Shown one piece after another: positions 9,395 to 21,655 of a stretch of 64,000 nucleotides of DNA. The notes below the pieces were generated by a model that was not told the DNA's origin, did not search any database, and saw only the letters and a program-made list of their open reading frames with translations. Position 1 is the stretch's first letter. The number at the start of each line of letters is the position of its first letter. Made by a program: the position numbers and the translations under genes. Source of the DNA: Craspedostauros australis. Taxonomy: Eukaryota. The stretch is taken from assembly GCA_030167865.1 (NCBI GenBank), contig JALAGF010004837.1, positions 248,001-312,000 on the forward strand. The letters run 5' to 3'.

Positions 9395-12082
9395 GGTTGC
9401 TATGGCTATCACTGTTGTTGGTGTTGTGTGATTGCTGAATGTGGTGGCTGCGGAGGAGTCGAGAGCGAGTTTGCAATTTTTTATGAGAAGAACGGTGGAG
9501 GACCACCAAATGATGTGGAAGACGTCGTTGTGCACAACACGTTGGTACGTGTTGCAACGAGGGGGCCTCGCACTGTCCAACGCGGCCCAACGCGGTCCAA
9601 CAGTGTTTCTGCGCGTGAGGGAAGTGCACGTTCCAAGGCACATCGCGCAGTTTCTGTGTAGCTGTCACACCAAACTGCGCTTCACTGCCGCGACAATTCT
9701 CCTCCCTTCGGAGCCAAAAAACACGGCGACACGTTGGGACAGACAGAGGGGGCAGAAGCGTTGCCTTGGATGTCCGCGGTTGGGCGTCTTCGTTCCCTCG
9801 CGATCGCGAATCCGACCAAGAAATGCCCTCGCTCAAAGCGGCAACCAAGCCCCACCAGCGAGTTGTCGCATCACGGCGAGAACACCCAATCAATCCCACC
9901 GTACGTATCCTCGTACGTGCCGTCAAACAGAGCTCTTTGTACGTGGTAGTTCAAAGCGCTTGTCGTTAAGTACAAAGAAATTTGTCATTTCGCGGTTTGT
10001 GTCCAACTGGATTGTCGAACCATCGAATCTTGGCCTGTTTGGCTAAGCTCTGCGCTTGCATTTTGTCCTACTGCGCTACGCAGTATCGTGTACGTATGTC
10101 GTCGACAAATCAATTTGTCTGCAAATGTACTTGCGCGCTTTGGAATTTCCCAAAGTGTCCAAGGGGCCATAAACCAACAACTATGGCTATTCTTCACAAG
10201 ATGTACTTATGCTCGATATTCGCACAACTATTTCTCCGAGATTTCGTGGCGCGAAAGCACTTGCTCCGCCCGACACAACTGTTCTTCTGTGTCCGAAAGT
10301 ACAGAACATTACGAAACCTCCTGAAGCGAGCCCAACACATAATCTGATGCGTGATACGACATGTACAAGACGTCCGCAAGACGAGAAAATAAGATCAGGG
10401 CCGTGCTACCGGCCCAGAGAATATACGGGTCTGCCATAATTCTTGGATTTCAACAGCCCACGGGCGACGTACAGACCTGCGACAGTAAGAAAGAATGTCA
10501 CACATCGTGACAAAGCTGTCAATGGCGCACTCCGATTGTCGCAACACAGCCAAGCCAAGTCGATTGACGCGACTAACACAGCACGCAAAGTTCCATAAGG
10601 ATGTGGGTTGGTGACCCTCACAACACCAACGTCTGGAGATAGCTGCGAACGCGAGGGACAAATTGACCACCACATCATCACAGCGAACACGGATGCAAGT
10701 TGCGTCTTGTGTGGTGATGCGTGCCTCAGGAAGGAAACGGCCGATGCAGACGTTGAGGTGGGTGCGGAACAGAGAAAGCACAATAATCTGTCCGACATTT
10801 ACTCTGCTTTCATCCCGGCCTCATGCTTCACAAGGTGGCCCTTGGCGAGGAGTTGTGCTCTCTTCGCTCGTTGCTCGTCCACATCATCGTCTCGGCAAGG
10901 TTTCGGCATCTCAGCTGATCCCCGAGCCGAATCATTCACTGGTTTTCGTGTTGCTCCCATGTTGCTGGTGCCAATGTTGACACGGACACCCACGTGGTTG
11001 GCGGAGGCGGTTTCGATGTTGCGAACTGTCCCCGGAAACGGCACAACCGCGAAACCGGACAAGTTGGGAAACAGAGGGGGAGCTGCGCACGGACCACGAT
11101 TAGACCATGGCCAACAAATAAGCATGACGACAACAAGGTTTCAGCGATGCCGTCGCGGGTCTCGGCTTTTCACATCTCCAGGCTCCAAACTTCCGGTAAA
11201 AGACGAGGAGACACACACAGAGATGGAGACGGAGTTGGCACAACTGGATGACATGGGAGCTTCACCAAGCCAGCAACGAACCTGCAAGTTGTCGAAATTG
11301 TCACCACGATAGCATGACGTCTCGCATCGTGTCTGATGCTTTGGGCATTTCGTGGCGGCTCTCAAGTGAATGCATGTGGCGCTCATGGTGTCTCTCTGAC
11401 ATTGACATCCATGTTCTGTTTGGGTTGGGACAGGGTGGCCCCAGAGTGATGGGAGCACAACCAAACAGACTTTTGGAGCGAAACGTCATGCCAATCCGAA
11501 TCAAGACTTCTTGTGCAATGATGTGTCTTGTTGACGATGTCTGTGTTGGTGTCGCTGCTCGGCAACTTTTGTCACCAACCCGGACTCAGGATTGGCCGGA
11601 CATCCGTGGCTCAATTGTTGTCCTTTCGTCATCCTCGTTCTCTTTCGTTTTGTCTCGATGTCCCAATCGGAAATCAGAATCGTGACGTCATCCCGCAGCT
11701 TCGTTGCGCTCGGAAGTAGTTCTTTGTGAATGTTCGATGTCCTGAAGTATTGCATGTTGTGAGCCTTCCGATGTTTGCAGAGATGTAGAAGAGGTTCAGC
11801 ATCCAAGACCCAAAAGAGATTCTCTGTCGCCGAAAGTACAGCCTTGTGGTTGGTGTCAACATCGCAACAGAAAAGGGTTGGTGGTCCTTCTCGTTCCTTC
11901 TGTCGATGCTCATGGCTGAGCTTGTTGCGGTTGGCGATGATCATGATGGCGACGACGGAAATGGAGTGCCGCTACAACCACAGCCACAGCTATAGCTATA
12001 GCTATAGCCAACACGGAAGCAACGACAACTCGCTTCATATAATACGATAGTTATTCTCGTATTCTATCCAGAATCAGCCGAC

Positions 12083-13280
12083 ATGGCAGACGGGTCACTC
12101 TCATTTGAAGCACTTCTCTCGAAATGTCGCCAGGCGGAAGCTGCTGAGCGGGATATCGCAGCCTTCGCGACAAGCAACGACACCCCAACGAATGAGGCCA
12201 ACAAGGCAACGCAAGAGAGTCAGCCATTCTGGAAAGAACACGATTTCCGTGGATTTGCATTCGTGCATCATCGTGAGCATGGATTGCTGCTGCTCAAGTG
12301 CACGAGGAAGTTGACGAAGCCCGTCCACTACCAGCTTCCGGGAGGCCATGTCGATGACTTTGAGTTCGAGGCGGCATCGAGCCAAACCAACTCGAAACGA
12401 GGGTGCCTCCAGATCGCGGCACGTCGTGGATGCGCTCGAGAGCTGTTTGAGGAAACGGGCATCGATGTCAGGTCACAATTGGGACGCTTGCGGCCAGTTC
12501 CGCTGGAGAATGATTCGGTCGGCGAAGATCATCCCAACCAGCTGGATCTTCCCAATAATCTCTTCAAGAGCCGCGTGTTCTACATGCTCGAAGTGGCTGA
12601 CTCGGATTTCTTCACCAGGGATGAATCGTCATCAGTATCGCATGCAACACAGCAGGAAGGCCTTTCCGCGGCTGAAAATGGCACAGCAGGAGGTCTTATG
12701 GTGAGTCTGGAAAATGGGTCGTGTCCCTGTGACGCGTTATACCCGACTCCAACCATACCCCAAGCCACGTTCGTGCATGTGTCTGAACGCATGCCTTGGA
12801 AAGGACTTGCCAACCTACATTCGATTTGTGGCGAAAGCTGTGTTGAAGTCGGCCATGGCATTCACATCAACACTGTCCTTGACTTTGACTTTGACTTTGG
12901 CATCCCTTACTTCCCCTTATGCTTTCTCCAGCGCAAATGACACCAGAATGCTATCACATCCGTTGCCTCACATTATGTCATTCATCCATCCCTTGTTGTT
13001 ACTGTGATGAAATCTGGGATCATGCCATTCCATCACACAATACTGTCACCATTGAATGGCACGATGAATGGAACGGTATGCATCATGACTGACTGCACGC
13101 CTTTGGAACTCCGTCAACGATGCGTACTGCACGTATGAACGCTTCTCATGATAGCTGAAGCTGTCCGTCGAACATGCGGGGTTTCGTTTCGAGAAGAGCG
13201 CCGACGCATGCTGCGATCTTTTGCAACATCATAGTGGGGGCAAAGTATCACGAGCGCTCAGAATGGCTTGCACGATTTAG
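12083..13280 (+). CDS. Nudix hydrolase, exons 12083-12700 and 13155-13280
   Basis: QLPGGHVD...ARELFEETG (Nudix box with an insertion); donor ATG|gtgagt at 12701 and acceptor atag|CTG give LKLSVEHAGFRF...HSGGK. Confidence 0.8.
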
Positions 13281-13465
13281 TCCGAGTATTGTATCGTGTG
13301 CGTCACGTGCATTGTCAATTGGTAGAATGGACCCGGCGCAGCTCCAACGACCGCCACATCCACTGTAATGGCTTGCGAAATCGTCAGAATATGTAGTACC
13401 ATACGAGTACGATAGAATACTATACGATAGATTTATTCCTGAATACTCCAAAGCATCGCACCGAG

Positions 13466-16400
13466 TCAGGGTCCAGCACTAGAGGGCTTTTCTGTGCCGT
13501 CATTCTCGCCATCTTCGTCGCTGTTGGTGGCCTCCTCTTCGACTCTCTCACTCTCATTGGCATCGAATTCACTGCCAGTGTCGATGTTGTCGTCGCCGCC
13601 GTCAATGTCTGCGTCGTCATCATTATCATCTTCGTCTCCGTCTTCGAATATGTCATCCTCCGTAGCTTCGAACGGCAGTGGGTCCTTCACTGGATATCGG
13701 TTCATCGTCTTGGCCGCGTCTCGGCATAACGAACGAACGTGCGGGTGCAGTCCCCGGGAAAATGGATCGACCAACGATCCGGATTCGTAATCCTCCTTGC
13801 GCATGGGAGAGTACTTCAGGTTACCGAATTGTCGGACCGCGTCCAACGCCCGGCTCAGCGTCCTGGCTAAATCGCCAGGTGCCGCGCCAGAGATCTCCAT
13901 CGCTTCAGTCCACGTGCATCCACCGGCCCATGCTGTGGCCACGGCGCAATTGGTGATGTCGAAGCCACATTTGGCAATCTTTTCATCCAGATCGAACTTC
14001 TTCTGCACATCGACGAAGTGCTCCATCACGTTGAGTGAGCTCTGGACCGCCCGTTGTTGATTGGGAGTCATCTTTTGGAACGTATCGAGGACCGATACGC
14101 TACCTCCGCTTCTGGCACCTTCCGATACCAAGCAGGACATGTACCCCGCGAGTTCGTACGGCTCGAGATTTCGGAGGTTGTTCAAATGCGCCTCGGTTTC
14201 CTCGTAGGCTGTCTTGGGTTGCTTCTTTGGGGCGTCGTAGATTCCAAATTCGAAGTCTTCATCCGCCCAACCGTCATCGTCGGCGTCCAAATCAAATGTG
14301 AATTCATCATCTTCATCGTCACTGGCTTGGGCGATGTCATTATTCGCTCCCGCTTCGTCTCCTTCCTCTCCCACCGGCGGTGACAACGATGGTGATTGGT
14401 CTACCAAGTACTCCCTCGTGATGTCGTAGGTCCCGCCCATCGACACGTAGCACCACAGCGAGTTTTCAAACCCGAGCATCCCCACGTCCTCTCCTGCAGG
14501 CGTGACCTGGAACGTCTTTTGCTCAAAGCTTTTGCCAAAGACGTCACCGTCATCATCTTCCTGCTCGTCATCTTCCTCCACCTTCGCGGACAGGCAACCG
14601 TACGCGACGAGGACCTTGGTAATCGCCACCATATCGTCCCAAGAATCATCGTTCGTTTCTTCCACCTTCGTCTGCTTCAGCAGCAGCTCCTCCGGGTCAA
14701 TTCCCGGATTCGATCTCGCAAGCTTCCGCAGCTTGCGACGGATGACGATGGTGGATTTGGCGAACGTCGACAGATCCCGCGGTGACAGCATTTGCACGTC
14801 ATCATCGGATGACTTTCGCAGCTTTCTGAGTGCCGCGAGCAAATTTCTTCCATCCTCCGAATCGCCTTCCATGAGCTCATTGGCGACAATGGCCACGCGG
14901 TTGTATGGGTGCCTCTTGATTTCCTTGGCGGCGGACTTGACGCGCTCCTCCTGATTCTCAATTTGCTCCAGCATCGCAGCACGGTCACCTTCGAACAGTT
15001 CCATGACGGAGTCGCCCCCCTCGCCCTCAAACACGGCCGGTGGCTGATTCTGCTCCAGATCGGAGAGTTCGGATTGCAGGTAGCTCAACGTCGTGGTTTC
15101 CAATTCGAACGACCGGCTCTTCCCGATGAACTGCTTAGAGCAGGATTTGAGAAGATCCCGGTCCTTCAGAACGGATACCATGGACTTCAACTTGCCGATG
15201 TCGTAGTTTGGATTCTTGCGATCGATGAGCCGCTGCAGTGTGTCCACAAGCAGTCCCATGAACTTCTCATGTGACGATGATTCCAGGATCTCTTCGACGC
15301 CTTCGTGCTGGTTGGCCGATGAGATGGACAGCTCGAGCTGCCGCTTCTCCCACATCGCGAAGGAGTTCCGCACCAGGTTCTTAGCGACATCCAGCTTGCC
15401 GCGACCTCTCCTCACGAGGTTGACGGTGAGGGAGTACGATGGCCGGAATTGAGATACCACAGGTTTGATCGGATTCGTCAGAATCAGCGCCGCGTCTTCA
15501 TGACTCTCGAAGGGCGTTGCGACGATGACGCACGTTCCGTCGGTGTCCATGCCACGCCGACCAGCACGCCCTGACATTTGAAGTAGATTGGCTGTCTCCA
15601 GCAAGTTCATGGCGCTGCTGTCGCCACGCTTGGCCAACGCGCAGATCACGGTGGACCGGGCCGGCATGTTGATGCCTGCAGCCAGTGTTTCTGTCGCGAA
15701 AACGGCCTTCATCAAGCCCGCACGGTACACGGTCTCGACGAACGCCTTGTGCGCCGGCAGCATACCTGCGTGGTGTGACCCGACGCCGAACATGAACTGC
15801 TTGCTGGCGCTGTCGTCGAAAGAGATCTCCGGGTTATCTTCGTTGAATTGGGTGATCCTGGATGCCACAGACTCCACTTCATGGTACTCCAGGAATCCGG
15901 CAGAGGCGTAGAAATCCCAGTTGTGCTGCGCCAGAACGGAGGTATCGTCGTACTCTTCCATTTCTGCACCATCGCCATCCATCATGGCCTTGATCACGTC
16001 ATCGCTGAGCTGATCACTTCCCGGGCGGAATGTCCGTCCGTTCTGATCGCGGAACACATCATCGGTAGCTTCTGGCTGGTGGCGACCACGTTGTCTCGTG
16101 GGGCGAGATTTCTTTCGTTGCGGCCGGCCCGAAGAGCCATCCGTCTCGTCACCGAACAGGACGTCCCGCGTCGGATCGCGAGGACCTTCGGAGTAGTTCA
16201 CGATGGTCTCCGCCGCTTGGTTGCACCCAGCGCGAGAGAAGATGAAGACGATGGCTGGAAGGAGCTTCTTCTGTTTCATCCGGGTCAAAAGCACCGGCAT
16301 GGATGGCACCGCCTTTCTCATCTCCCGTTTCAGCAGTCGCTCTCGTTCTCTGCGTTCCTCCCGCGGCGACATTTTGCGACGTTTGTCGACCTTGTACAAG

Positions 16401-17770
16401 CGGTCGCTCGATTCATCCTCCCATGGCTTCCTTTGCCGTTGGCGTTGCTGTTCCAACGACCGGTTGACCCGTTGCATGCGCCGTTGCGCCGCAGCTCGGA
16501 GGGCAGGATTCACCTGCAGCCCTCTTGGAATCTTGTCATCGGACTCATCCAGCGCGATCATCTCGTCGTATTCCGACACGAAGTTGCCCTTGCCTCGTCG
16601 TCGCTTGGGCTTCTTGGCCTCGGTCGACGTGGGTGGCACACCGTCACCTCTGTACCCCAGCAGGCCCAGAGGGGCGCCTGGTCCCGCATCTGGATTGCGA
16701 AACAGCGGGAACAGACCCTCTCGTGTGGCGTACGTGTACCTCAGCGGCACCGGTCGGGCTCCTGGGGCTTCGATCAGAACCGTCTTGCGTCCCGTGACGC
16801 CTTCGATCCATTCCGCGAGTTGCGCGGCGTTGGGTAGGGTCGCTGAAAGACCGACGATCTGCGTGTGCTTGGGAGATGTGATGATGCACTCCTCCCACAC
16901 ACCGCCACGACCAGGCTGACCCATGTAATGGAACTCATCCAGCACCACGACGGCATTGTCATTGAGATCGTTGACGGGATAGATGGAGTCGACTTCTTGC
17001 ACCACCGCTGTCCGGTTCTCATCGGAGGATCGTCCGCTTGCCCGCCACGCGATGTTGCGGTACACCTCCGTCGTCATGACGGTGACACGAGCATTACGCC
17101 GATTGATGGAAGTGTCACCAGTCGACAGCCCGACATGCTGCGAACCAAAGACTTGTCGCAGCTCGGAGTACTTTTGATTCGACAAAGCTTTGAGCGGCGT
17201 GGTGTAAATGCCTTCCAGGCCTTCGTTGTAGGCGGTGTGCAAGGCCATCTCGCCGACCACTGTTTTGCCGCTTCCCGTCGGAGCGCACACCACCACGTTG
17301 TGACCCTTGAGGATCTCGCCACCCGCCAGCAACTGCCAGTCATCGAGAGGGAAGTCGAACTTGTCCGCAAGCTCATCCTTTCCCAACTGTATGGTGCTTC
17401 TATCCATCGCGTAGTCGTTGCCTTCACCACTGTCTTCGCTGCCGTGATAGTTGTCGTTGTCAGCGTCTTCCACTGCAGCATCTTGCGAGGGGTCTGCTGA
17501 TTGCGACTGGACATTCCTTTGGAGAATTGACTGATGCCGGGGTTGACGATGCATGATGGGATGCGGAGTCTGCCCATTGCGTTGATGGGGACGATCCTGA
17601 TGGAGATGCGACTCTGCTTTTGTGCCATGGATCGCAAATCCTTTCGCAAAGAGGGTGTTGGTTGACCACAGGACGGTCAGTAGAGCGCATGAAAACCCCA
17701 TCCTTGCCATGCTGTGTTTGTGGGGCGTCGCACGTGCGCTGCTGGGTGGCTGGACGCTTCGTTGGCTCAT
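13466..17770 (-). CDS. Ski2/HelY-type DExH RNA helicase, probably plastid-targeted (ISE2-like)
   Basis: APTGSGKT, TPLKALSNQK, DEFH, SAT, HHAG, ATETLAAGINMPAR, QMSGRAGRRG, DSHCT-like C-terminus. Hydrophobic signal after Met at 17701 (GFSCALLTVLW...AKGF). Confidence 0.9.
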   Translation of the reverse strand: MSQRSVQPPSSARATPHKHSMARMGFSCALLTVLWSTNTLFAKGFAIHGTKAESHLHQDRPHQRNGQTPHPIMHRQPRHQSILQRNVQSQSADPSQDAAVEDADNDNYHGSEDSGEGNDYAMDRSTIQLGKDELADKFDFPLDDWQLLAGGEILKGHNVVVCAPTGSGKTVVGEMALHTAYNEGLEGIYTTPLKALSNQKYSELRQVFGSQHVGLSTGDTSINRRNARVTVMTTEVYRNIAWRASGRSSDENRTAVVQEVDSIYPVNDLNDNAVVVLDEFHYMGQPGRGGVWEECIITSPKHTQIVGLSATLPNAAQLAEWIEGVTGRKTVLIEAPGARPVPLRYTYATREGLFPLFRNPDAGPGAPLGLLGYRGDGVPPTSTEAKKPKRRRGKGNFVSEYDEMIALDESDDKIPRGLQVNPALRAAAQRRMQRVNRSLEQQRQRQRKPWEDESSDRLYKVDKRRKMSPREERRERERLLKREMRKAVPSMPVLLTRMKQKKLLPAIVFIFSRAGCNQAAETIVNYSEGPRDPTRDVLFGDETDGSSGRPQRKKSRPTRQRGRHQPEATDDVFRDQNGRTFRPGSDQLSDDVIKAMMDGDGAEMEEYDDTSVLAQHNWDFYASAGFLEYHEVESVASRITQFNEDNPEISFDDSASKQFMFGVGSHHAGMLPAHKAFVETVYRAGLMKAVFATETLAAGINMPARSTVICALAKRGDSSAMNLLETANLLQMSGRAGRRGMDTDGTCVIVATPFESHEDAALILTNPIKPVVSQFRPSYSLTVNLVRRGRGKLDVAKNLVRNSFAMWEKRQLELSISSANQHEGVEEILESSSHEKFMGLLVDTLQRLIDRKNPNYDIGKLKSMVSVLKDRDLLKSCSKQFIGKSRSFELETTTLSYLQSELSDLEQNQPPAVFEGEGGDSVMELFEGDRAAMLEQIENQEERVKSAAKEIKRHPYNRVAIVANELMEGDSEDGRNLLAALRKLRKSSDDDVQMLSPRDLSTFAKSTIVIRRKLRKLARSNPGIDPEELLLKQTKVEETNDDSWDDMVAITKVLVAYGCLSAKVEEDDEQEDDDGDVFGKSFEQKTFQVTPAGEDVGMLGFENSLWCYVSMGGTYDITREYLVDQSPSLSPPVGEEGDEAGANNDIAQASDDEDDEFTFDLDADDDGWADEDFEFGIYDAPKKQPKTAYEETEAHLNNLRNLEPYELAGYMSCLVSEGARSGGSVSVLDTFQKMTPNQQRAVQSSLNVMEHFVDVQKKFDLDEKIAKCGFDITNCAVATAWAGGCTWTEAMEISGAAPGDLARTLSRALDAVRQFGNLKYSPMRKEDYESGSLVDPFSRGLHPHVRSLCRDAAKTMNRYPVKDPLPFEATEDDIFEDGDEDDNDDDADIDGGDDNIDTGSEFDANESERVEEEATNSDEDGENDGTEKPSSAGP

Positions 17771-18370
17771 CAGCCGATCAATCGTTCCGTTGCCTGCAAT
17801 GTGCCTGCAACACCAACAACAGTCTTATCTCACACGAGTATGGGATGCTATTTTACTCTTGAGTGACAAGATGCCTCCTCATCAGGGCTGGTCAATGCCA
17901 ACAACTTCACGAGCCTTGGATCCTGACCAGCGCAGAATTGCGAGAAAGAACGGGTTGTGCAGAAAAAAGTGATGGGTGATGTTGGCGCGTGGTGAGGGGA
18001 CATCATTCAATCAATGATGGGCACCGCACACATTGGTGTGCGTGTGTTGTGGAGATGAGAATTTAGACTGGTATCAACGGTCGACGTACGATCTGGATGC
18101 TACGGAAGGAAACTAGAATGACTGGTGGTGACATTTCGAAACAACCAAATACCCTGATCGACCACACGCTGATCGAACAAGAAATACACTGTCTCCGGAG
18201 TTGCTGTACTCTGCTGGAGCATTGGTCATGAGAAGTAGAGCTGTGCAACAGTATAATCTATCAATACTGCACTATACTCCACTTGGGTTGGCGCTTGTCC
18301 CATTCTCATTCTCGTGTACTCAACGCCATCGTCGTCCGACAAGCCAACCCCATCCAACGGATGTCCTCCA

Positions 18371-18462
18371 TACGAGCACTGTCAGGCGTGGTGGATCATC
18401 CCAAAAGAATCAACGTGGATTCATGTCTGGTCGTCTCCATTCACACCGTCATTCGGTTCGTT
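18371..18462 (-). promoter_or_regulatory. Candidate SECIS element in the 3' UTR of the PDI-like selenoprotein
   Basis: Minus strand reads AUGAC-GGUGUG-AA-UGGA ... UCCA-C-CACGCC-UGAC: the UGAN/NGAN quartet flanking a pairing helix, with apical mini-stems (CCAGA/UUUGG, GAAUC/GAUUC). Canonical apical AA is not obvious. Confidence 0.45.
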
Positions 18463-18768
18463 CGGCGAATCATTCAATTCTGAAAACGCAGCGATTGCCT
18501 TTGAAGTGTCTCTGTTGGTTGGTTGTTGGGTGATGGACGGTTCGATATCGTGGAGCAGAATGAACGTATGATACGGAACATCGCACGGCTTGGCTCGAGT
18601 GCTGCGCCATCATGGCATGCTCTATCAGCATGTGCATTGGTGTCGCTGATTTCTGTGTGACATGTGACTGTTCGCTTGGGACATGCCCATGCAAGTGTCC
18701 ATTCTGCTGGTCATTTCATTGTTGTGCGATGTGCCAACGCTCGTTGCAACACGGGTGGTGCAACCTCT

Positions 18769-19985
18769 CTAAAGCTCAGCGTGTGGTTCGAGGGATCGCA
18801 GGATGTGCATGCGCTGCGAGATCCAGGCCTTCAGCTCGGCCTTCATGGAGTTGGCCTTCATTCCGTCCAATCGCTTCAACTGCTTGATGCGCTCTTCCGA
18901 TGGCTTGCCCTTCATCTTCTCGATGTACTTCTTTTCCTTCTCCGAGCACTCGGCTGGGTTCTCGATGTCGCAATTGACCACGAGCTCGTCCTCGACGAAC
19001 TTCTTGAGGCTGTCGAAGTCACGTCCTCCGTTGTAATCCTGACCCTTCTCGTCACCATCAGCGAAGTACTTGATGGTTGGGTCTGCAATGCCCATGCAAC
19101 AAAATGTAAGAATGGAGGAAGGACGGTATGTTTGGCAAAACAGAGCACAAAATAATGGAAAAAGTAGTCGCAGAGTGTCATGTTTGTGCGTAGAAACAAG
19201 AGAAGCGATTGAATGAGTAAGAATGATAGATGTCGCAAACCAAGTGAGATGAAGCTGTCTGTACTTTATCACAGGCTGTTGGAAGCCAGAGCAAAGGCTT
19301 GTGGCAACATGCATCAACGCGAAGCTCCCATGCTCTGCCTTCGTGTATTCATTCCACAAACTGATTCGACACTTACATCCGCGGATTTCAAAGTTGTCGC
19401 ACAATGCCTTTGCAGGTTCGGATGTGCAATCCACGTCGCCGATGACAACTGATGACGAAGCTGCGAATTCGTCACCAAGTTGGTCCCATGCTGGCTTCAT
19501 GGACTGCAATGGTGGGTATCGTGTGGTGTGTGGTATGTGGGACAGAGCAAACAATAGTTTGAGGCCACGGAAAAGTGAGCAATGAAAAGACAGCAGGAGA
19601 GAAAGCCACGTGATGTTCAGTGAGAGGACGAAAGCGGCAACGGTGACAACACATGCGCGAAGTGCGCAAACATTGAAACCCTCGACGTCCCAACGTCTCA
19701 ATGCCTCGACAACTCAACGTGGGTGCAGATGCCAGAGCTTCGGATGACCCAAGGATCGAATGGACAGACTTCCTGTACTCCACTAGGTCGTACTGTACCA
19801 ACACCGATACCAGTGGCAATACACACCTTGCAGTGGCCTCACCAAGGAGCAAGGAACTTCACGAAGGAGTTCTTGCCACCAACGGAGGCCTTGAAGTTGC
19901 TCTCGGTCAGCTCGACAGCGCCGTCGGCCGCAGTGCTTTGCAGCATGGCCAGCAGGGCCACGCCCGTAGCGATGATGGATCTCAT
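18769..19985 (-). CDS. ER thioredoxin/PDI-like selenoprotein (WUGHC); exons 19985-19827, 19503-19377, 19082-18769
   Basis: Signal peptide MRSIIATGVALLAMLQSTAA, then VKFLAPW-TGA-GHCK|SMKPAWDQL..VDCT..RG|YPTIKYF..YNGGR..HAEL*. The in-frame TGA at 19841-19839 occupies the first Cys of the WCGHC site, and all splice phases fit. Confidence 0.88.
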
Positions 19986-20588
19986 TGCTCTTCTCTTTAT
20001 CGTCCTGCGTCGTGCGTCGTGCGTCTTGGTTTTGTGTCTCTCTTGTCGCTCTTGTCGCTGAGTAACGCAAAGATGTCTCCTGTGTCCTCTACTGTGACCG
20101 TTTTGTCAGCGTTGTGGTGTTGGCAACCGTTGTTCTGTTTGTGTCGTCTTCGTGTTGTGGCGAAGCGTTGAGGGAAACATCTGCACTCATCGTGAGAAAT
20201 CGGCGAAGCCTTTTTGATTGCCAAGATCGCGGTCTGGTGACCCAAACTCGTGACTACCGATCCTCTCCTGTCACGAACACTAACGTCTTTGTCGTTCTTG
20301 CAGCTTCTTCTCGTCTAGTCTGTCCGTCACTCCCACTACATTCATTGATCCGCTCGACCCAACACATATCAGTCATTTTTTGGCGCCAAAACTGGGAACT
20401 CATCATCTCCAGCGAAAACGCTCGTTCCTTGTTGTCTGCAGTTGTTGTTGCCCCGATGTTCCGATGGACATGTGATGACGACGAAAGCCACGCCATTGCG
20501 CTCATGCACGAGTAACAAGTGAGAATGCGACTCGCCGAGGTTGACCATCACTCACTCACTCACTTGCGCACTCAAACGCACTCACACA

Positions 20589-21506
20589 ATGTCCCAAAGT
20601 CAGATACGCGGCGCCATCCGGAAGTTCATCAATGCCCAAGGCGGCACTGCCACCGCCGTCGATGTGTTGCGATCCATCGAGGTGGAGGCCATGCTGATGA
20701 GGGAGCAGGAGGAGCTGGTCGACATTCTGCGACAGGACCCGTTCGAAGAATTCGCGGACGTCCGATCCAAGATCGCGCATTTGACGCAGACGCTGAAGGT
20801 GACGTCGTGCCGTCGGGAGCGGGCGGGCAACGACTACGCCAGGATCCATGCCACCGTCAATTTCGAATGCGGTGTGCAGCTGACGTTTCATTACAAGAGG
20901 CGATGGGATACGAATGCGGATGGTTCCAGGCATTATCATGTTTGGTATTCGATCGAGTCGTCGCATGAATACGGCCCGAAGCAGAATGTGCTTGTTGCGC
21001 AGGTGTGGTCTCAGAACAGCACGCCGAATATGGCCGTGCCAGCCGTGTCGATGGCAGATGCGGCGGAGGAAGGAAATGACGATGATGGTGCGAACACTTC
21101 TGACAAGGACGATGACGCGGAGCACGCCAACAAACGAGCACGGCTGGCCAAAGAAGGTGGTAACGACTCAACTGCTTCAAGCACGCAAGGGGAGACAGCT
21201 TCCACGACCAAGACCGTGTCCGCAGACATGAAAGCATTCGCCGACCGAGATCGGTACATGGGATTCATGGATCCAGAGGTGCTAGATGAGACGCTGACGA
21301 CATTGGGTCTGCAGCCGATGAACGAAGCCACGGCGTTCTTTCTGCTCATGACGTTTCCTTTTTACGAACACGAGTGGGACCTTGTGGGTTTCGTACTGAA
21401 TGATGTGTTTGGTGTTGCGGATGGAGGCAGTGATGATGAGAATGGTGACGGTGGTATGAAGGAGGGGGCGGACGACGATGACTGGTCCGACGTCTCTGAG
21501 TCGTAA
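20589..21506 (+). CDS. Hypothetical protein, 305 aa, acidic C-terminus
   Basis: Long ORF with coding-like codon use and a globular-looking segment (FFLLMTFPFYEHEWDLVG); divergent from the PDI gene. Confidence 0.7.
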   Translation: MSQSQIRGAIRKFINAQGGTATAVDVLRSIEVEAMLMREQEELVDILRQDPFEEFADVRSKIAHLTQTLKVTSCRRERAGNDYARIHATVNFECGVQLTFHYKRRWDTNADGSRHYHVWYSIESSHEYGPKQNVLVAQVWSQNSTPNMAVPAVSMADAAEEGNDDDGANTSDKDDDAEHANKRARLAKEGGNDSTASSTQGETASTTKTVSADMKAFADRDRYMGFMDPEVLDETLTTLGLQPMNEATAFFLLMTFPFYEHEWDLVGFVLNDVFGVADGGSDDENGDGGMKEGADDDDWSDVSES

Positions 21507-21655
21507 CGACTTGGCAGCACTTGCACGCGCGCAACGGAGTACCCTTGTGGAAGATTGGAGATGCCAAGGACCAGCCACAGACAAAGCTACAGTCAAAGCT
21601 ACTCCAGTTTACAACTACAACTACAATTACAATAGCTCCGCCGATTTTATCGCCT

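Noticed and set aside
19839-19841. PDI gene as a nonsense pseudogene
   Set aside because: The stop sits exactly at the catalytic Cys position and the rest of the gene is intact, which favours selenocysteine.
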